DNA of 64,000 bases from Macrostomum lignano (taxonomy: Eukaryota). Position numbers and translations under genes: made by a program. The DNA lies in assembly GCA_002269645.1 (NCBI GenBank), contig NIVC01003711.1:1-64000 (forward strand). The letters are read 5' to 3'. Of this stretch, positions 59,340 through 64,000 are shown in pieces. The number at the start of each line of letters is the position of its first letter. Within the stretch, counting starts at the first letter, position 1. The notes below the pieces were generated by a model. The model did not search any database. It was not told the origin of the DNA and saw only the letters and a list, made by a program, of their open reading frames with translations.

Positions 59340-59524
59340 GGCAACTGCTGACTACTGGTTGATTTGCGTCTATGCTCTTTGCTCTTGAATACAAATATTA
59401 TTAGATTGTTGAACTGGCATTTCGTTTGGCATTTTTCTGTCATAAACTGATTAAATTGGACCCAGCAGTGCGTTGTTAAGCTTGAATTTTATTAGTTCAT
59501 TTTTGGTTTGTGAGCGGGAACAGC

Positions 59525-60040
59525 ACTCTCACTGAGCAGGTACTGCACTCACTGAGCTGGCACTGCACTCACTGAGCAGGTACTGCCCTCACTGAGCAGG
59601 TACTGCACTCACTGAGCAGGTACTGCACTCACTGAGCAGGTACTGCACTCACTGAGCTGGTACTGCACTCACTGAGCTGGTACTGCCCTCACTGAGCAGG
59701 TACTGCACTCACTGAGCAGGTACTGCACTCACTGAGCTGGTACTGCACTCACTGAGCAGGTACTGCACTCACTGAGCAGGTACTGCACTCACTGAGCAGG
59801 TACTGCACTCACTGAGCAGGCACTGCACTCACTGAGCTGGTACTGCACTCACTGAGCTGGTACTGCCCTCACTGAGCAGGTACTGCACTCACTGAGCAGG
59901 CACTGCACTCACTGAGCTGGTACTGCACTCACTGAGCTGGTACTGCCCTCACTGAGCAGGTACTGCACTCACTGAGCTGGTACTGCACTCACTGAGCAGG
60001 TACTGCACTCACTGAGCTGGTACTGCCCTCACTGAGCAGG
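59525..60040. repeat. 20-bp satellite (CTCACTGAGCAGGTACTGCA), ~26 copies
   Basis: Read directly. Confidence 0.95.
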
Positions 60041-62274
60041 AACTCATTCATTCGAATTCAAAATACTCTCTTCAATGTGCCACGTCGGCTACATAGCAAC
60101 CAAAATCGAGGTGCTTGACACTGGAAGCCGGTTTTCGCTTCCGGCGATAGTAGATAGGACCTTCTGTACTTTAGAAATAAAAACTAAGCAAGCATGTGTT
60201 TGTCAAGGTTTTACACACGCTCCAAATAATAATTCAAAATCTAAATTACGACTTGTAGTTAGCTCAACTTGAAATGCATTGTCATATGGTCTAGCCAACA
60301 AGTGAAACAATATAATGAGAATTTCTGCCATAGACAACTGCCATAGACAAGTTAACGCGTGTAGTCACTGGATTGAACACGATAATTCGATGCTTGACGT
60401 TTTTTATTGAAGTCGCTGTTCCGACTGCCTTACGTTTTGAGTCCACGGAGGTACCGGAGATAAACATTGAGGTCCCCCGCAGAATCCTTATCATCAGATG
60501 GTTCGACGATGGCTATCGACGTCTCGTTAGTCGCAGACGACGAACTGGCTCCCAGTTCATTTGCCTTTCGCTTGCTGCTAGTTAGGTAACTAAAGAAAGT
60601 ATGCATGGAAGTATTATTTAGAATACATACTTGAATACATTTACTTTCAAGTAAAGAATATAATACAAATACGAGTATAAGAACTTACCGCTGGACAGTT
60701 TTGCTTTTTGATATCTTCTCCAAGCGAAAACCAGCTTCATGCAAATAAAAAATGACAATAGGTCGAACGTTGTGCCCGGTATAACGTTTAGCAGACTTAG
60801 CAATTTCTGCTTCAGTCAAGCCAGTAATACAGGGAATACAGGGGTGGGGAATTGAAACAAATGAAGCATGGTGTTGAATGAAGACATTCTAATTTGAGCC
60901 AGCGTGCAAGAATGCTTTGGAAGTCGCCATATGCGTGCAGAAATGCAAGTGTCTATGGTAAAAGCACCTTGAATTTACATGTGCACTCCGTGCGGGAATG
61001 TCAATCGTGCAAGAATGTAATGCGCAATGTTTCTATATTTAGCATAACAGCCATAGACTACAAGCATAGTCTTCTTTCCATCGTGCAAGAATGTTCAGAC
61101 TAGCTCGCGCATATTTTTTCTATGGTTCAAGTCTAACTCCACACCCCCGCTCCACTCTTGTCTACTTTAGCCACACATGTTGGATCAAATAAGACTGCAC
61201 ACGAGGGTTTTTACCATAGACGCACAAGTCAAAGTGCTAGATTCCTCCACTGCGACAGCTTTGCAGCTCAGCTCTTTCAGCAGTCCCTCAACTCTTTTTA
61301 ACCGTTGTACTGGACGAATTACCATGGACTAATCATGGATGCTTATCGATTCATCAGCGTGCATCATAATGCTTGTCTGTCGTTGACTGTTGGTTAGCCA
61401 TACTGTTGGCTATTTAATATGGCAATGTGATAGAAGCACGTCTTGCGCGTGCACCATCTCTCCATTGAGCTCTTGGTAGCAAGTGAAACGGGATGTCAGC
61501 TTTTTGGTCCCAGTGGGAATAAAAAGGGTATTGGGGATATTTTGCAAACTTTAGCCTTTCAAGGAGGGAAGCGGTGGGTTTTCATAAATTTCTCTATCAT
61601 TGCATTGAGGCTTGAGTTGTCACGCCTGTCTCTGTGGGTAATTCAAGCTGCATCCAGTAGTAATTTTCCTATAAATATCTCAAGTCCAGGCCAGTGACAG
61701 CGATTTGGACCAAACACGCCTTGGTTTAAAAGCTTAAACGTTGAAAACAAATTAATCTCAATGAATTGAATCTTTAACATCAAACTTCAAAACCTTTGCC
61801 CCGTCGCCGTCCTCTCGCTGTCGGCGACCCCTGTTGCCAAACAAATTCAGAAAATTCTCAATTCACCTGAAAAAATCAATTTCTGCAATCTCAGCAATTT
61901 TACCTGCAGTATTCGAGGTTGAGCCAGCTGAAACTCTGCATGCAAAGTCAAGCAAACAAAGGCTCGGATTGTCACAATGTAAAATCCAACAGAAAATTTC
62001 TGACGCCGTGTCCAGAGCGCTATGGAATCGGCAAGCAGAAAAGCGGTGTTCAAGTCAGCTGACCATCGATCCCCGAGCAAACACCGGCAGCAGCCATGAG
62101 CATCAATTTGCGCACCTGCTGGTTGCCAACAAATTCTGTTGCCAAATGTTTGAACGCCGAGTTGCCAGGTGGTCAAGCAGTCCAGGTTCATAAAAAGCAC
62201 CCCTGGCCAGCGACCAGAGTCCATCAAGTCGACTCGATTTCTCACTGCCGGACATCCAGACTCTCTGACTCAAG

Positions 62275-62943
62275 ATGAAGCTGCTGCTGCTGCTCACCGC
62301 CCTGGTGGCCACCGCCCTGGCCTGCGAGAACCCGCCCAGAGAGGGAGCCATCGGAGTGGCCGGTCTCGGCTACCACAACGGCACCTACCTCAAGCTGCTG
62401 GGAGGCATCGCCGGCTCCAAGGAGAAGAAGAAGGTGGCCGCCTACTTCAAGGTGAAGTCCCAGAACTACTCCGGACACCACTACACCATGTTCGACTTCG
62501 AGGCCGGCGTCGGCTACTACGCCTGGGGCACCAGTGCCGCCAACGCCCGGTGCGTGAAGATCCCCGTGAGCCACGCCAAGTACTTCCTCACCCTGTGCCC
62601 CAAGATGTGGCCGAACAACCGCGTGGTGGCCCGCTCCACCGTCACCAGCCGCAAGGTGCCCATCAGCGTGCACTGCGGCCGCATGACCAAGGGCGACCTC
62701 TCCATCAAGCTGGGCGGCGTCATCGATGACCGCTGCGTGCCGATCCTCATCAAGAAGAAGTACAGGAAGAACGGCCAGTGCTCCGGCGGTATTCTCTTCT
62801 TCTTCGGCTTCCACCAGCCCAAGGACAAGTACTTCGAGCTGCCCGAGCTGTGCGCCAGCGCCAAGTTCTACAAGCCGAAGCGCGGAGAGGGCAGAAAGCC
62901 GTGCAGCGAGAAGACCAAGGGCCTGCCGACCCCCGACAGCTAA
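62275..62943 (+). CDS. Secreted Cys/Lys-rich protein, ependymin-related (EPDR)-like
   Basis: 222 aa, intronless, strong GC3 codon bias; signal peptide MKLLLLLTALVATALA; CENP, RCVK, RCVP and FELPELC match ependymin-family Cys spacing; CATAAAAA at ~62189; AATAAA at 63346. Confidence 0.75.
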   Translation: MKLLLLLTALVATALACENPPREGAIGVAGLGYHNGTYLKLLGGIAGSKEKKKVAAYFKVKSQNYSGHHYTMFDFEAGVGYYAWGTSAANARCVKIPVSHAKYFLTLCPKMWPNNRVVARSTVTSRKVPISVHCGRMTKGDLSIKLGGVIDDRCVPILIKKKYRKNGQCSGGILFFFGFHQPKDKYFELPELCASAKFYKPKRGEGRKPCSEKTKGLPTPDS

Positions 62944-64000
62944 ACTGCTGGACTGACCTTGGACTGGGGATTTTCCACTGCAGCAATGCTGAGTACCGGC
63001 GTATGGCTGGTTAACTAGCAGAAATACACGAGACCTGCTGCTGCAGCTGCGAACCGCATTTGCACCATCGTGCTGCCTGAGTTGTCTTTGCCTCATTTTG
63101 CTCAACTGTGCTGGATATCATATGGCAGTGTTTTGGGATTGCTTGAAGGTTAAATCCAATTGAAAGTTGCAGGGCACTCTGACTGCAGACCTCACAATGA
63201 TGTCAGTCAAGCATTTAGAGCATGGTCAAAAAGTTTTGAAATCTACTTGCAGGGAGTATTCGTCATCTCGTTAATTGGTAATTGTGGCTAGCAAGGGGGA
63301 TTCTGGCTTATTGGCAGCTCGCTGCTGCTGCATTAAAAGCAGTTTAATAAACAATAAGCCGATTGAGAAAACTTGCTAGGCATAAATTTGGAAACACCAG
63401 AAAAAAGTTGATAAAAATCAAAAGCTGCGACTTTGAGCAACGCTAGTTGAGCTCTGTTTATTCAGCACAATGGAAGACATTGCAAACTGATGAGTTTAAA
63501 CAAAATAAGAAACTGCTGCATATAGTCAATAACGAACAATTAAACAAGGATCTCACTTTATATACTTATTTCAGAAGGAATAATAGTAAGGAAAGCATTG
63601 GAACTCTAAAGCAATGACCAAAAGGAATTAACGATTGCTAAACACTAGCAGTTAAACAAATATCTCACTTTATAAGCTTATTTCAGAAGCAATTAGCATT
63701 TAAATTATTGCAGATTTTTACAATTATCAAAATATGGCATTTGTATCAGAAGAGATCATAAAGAACATAGAGATGTTGGATTGCTAAAACAATGACCAAA
63801 ATGAATTAACGTTTACTAAAATTGTGTTTATTAAATCGGAAACATCGACAGAAAAATTTTCACACAATCGAATAACAGACTCCGAATGTTCAAAAAGTAA
63901 TTTGAGAACGTACTCAAGCGGCAGGATGGTGCGCTTTGATACACCCGGGAAACGCAAAACTCTTTACAAATTCAATCAAATATACCATCAAATGTCCAAT

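Noticed and set aside
60050-62200. Short ORFs between the 20-bp satellite and the secreted gene
   Set aside because: No codon bias, motifs or convincing splice structure.

Overview
Eukaryotic (animal, intron-containing) genomic DNA. Exons are GC-rich and introns are AT-rich and full of minisatellites; the style resembles a macrostomid flatworm, but that is inference only. Seven host genes are supported: SPEN/split-ends (-; 4 RRMs plus SPOC; four 1-nt homopolymer frameshifts), a short harmonin/USH1C-like PDZ gene (-), HDAC1/2 (+), CPEB2-4/Orb2 (+), ENL/AF9 YEATS (-), RTN4IP1-like oxidoreductase (+), and an intronless secreted ependymin-like protein (+). A young full-length Ty3/gypsy LTR retrotransposon (46848-56469; 816-bp LTRs; ATAT TSD) sits between ENL and RTN4IP1 and is the most unusual object in the window. 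Its LTRs end in a ~50-55-nt-period array of 'LTR end + tRNA-Leu primer-binding site' units, and an older relic 900 bp upstream shows the same array. It also carries a non-env 480-aa third ORF behind an apparent internal CCAATx3-TATA-Inr promoter. Other mobile elements: a Merlin-type deletion derivative, a 9-bp-TSD foldback (Mutator-like) element, an 8-bp-TSD MITE, a CORE-type SINE and a decayed RNase H-bearing LINE. All calls were made by eye, and family comparisons come from remembered reference sequences, not searches.
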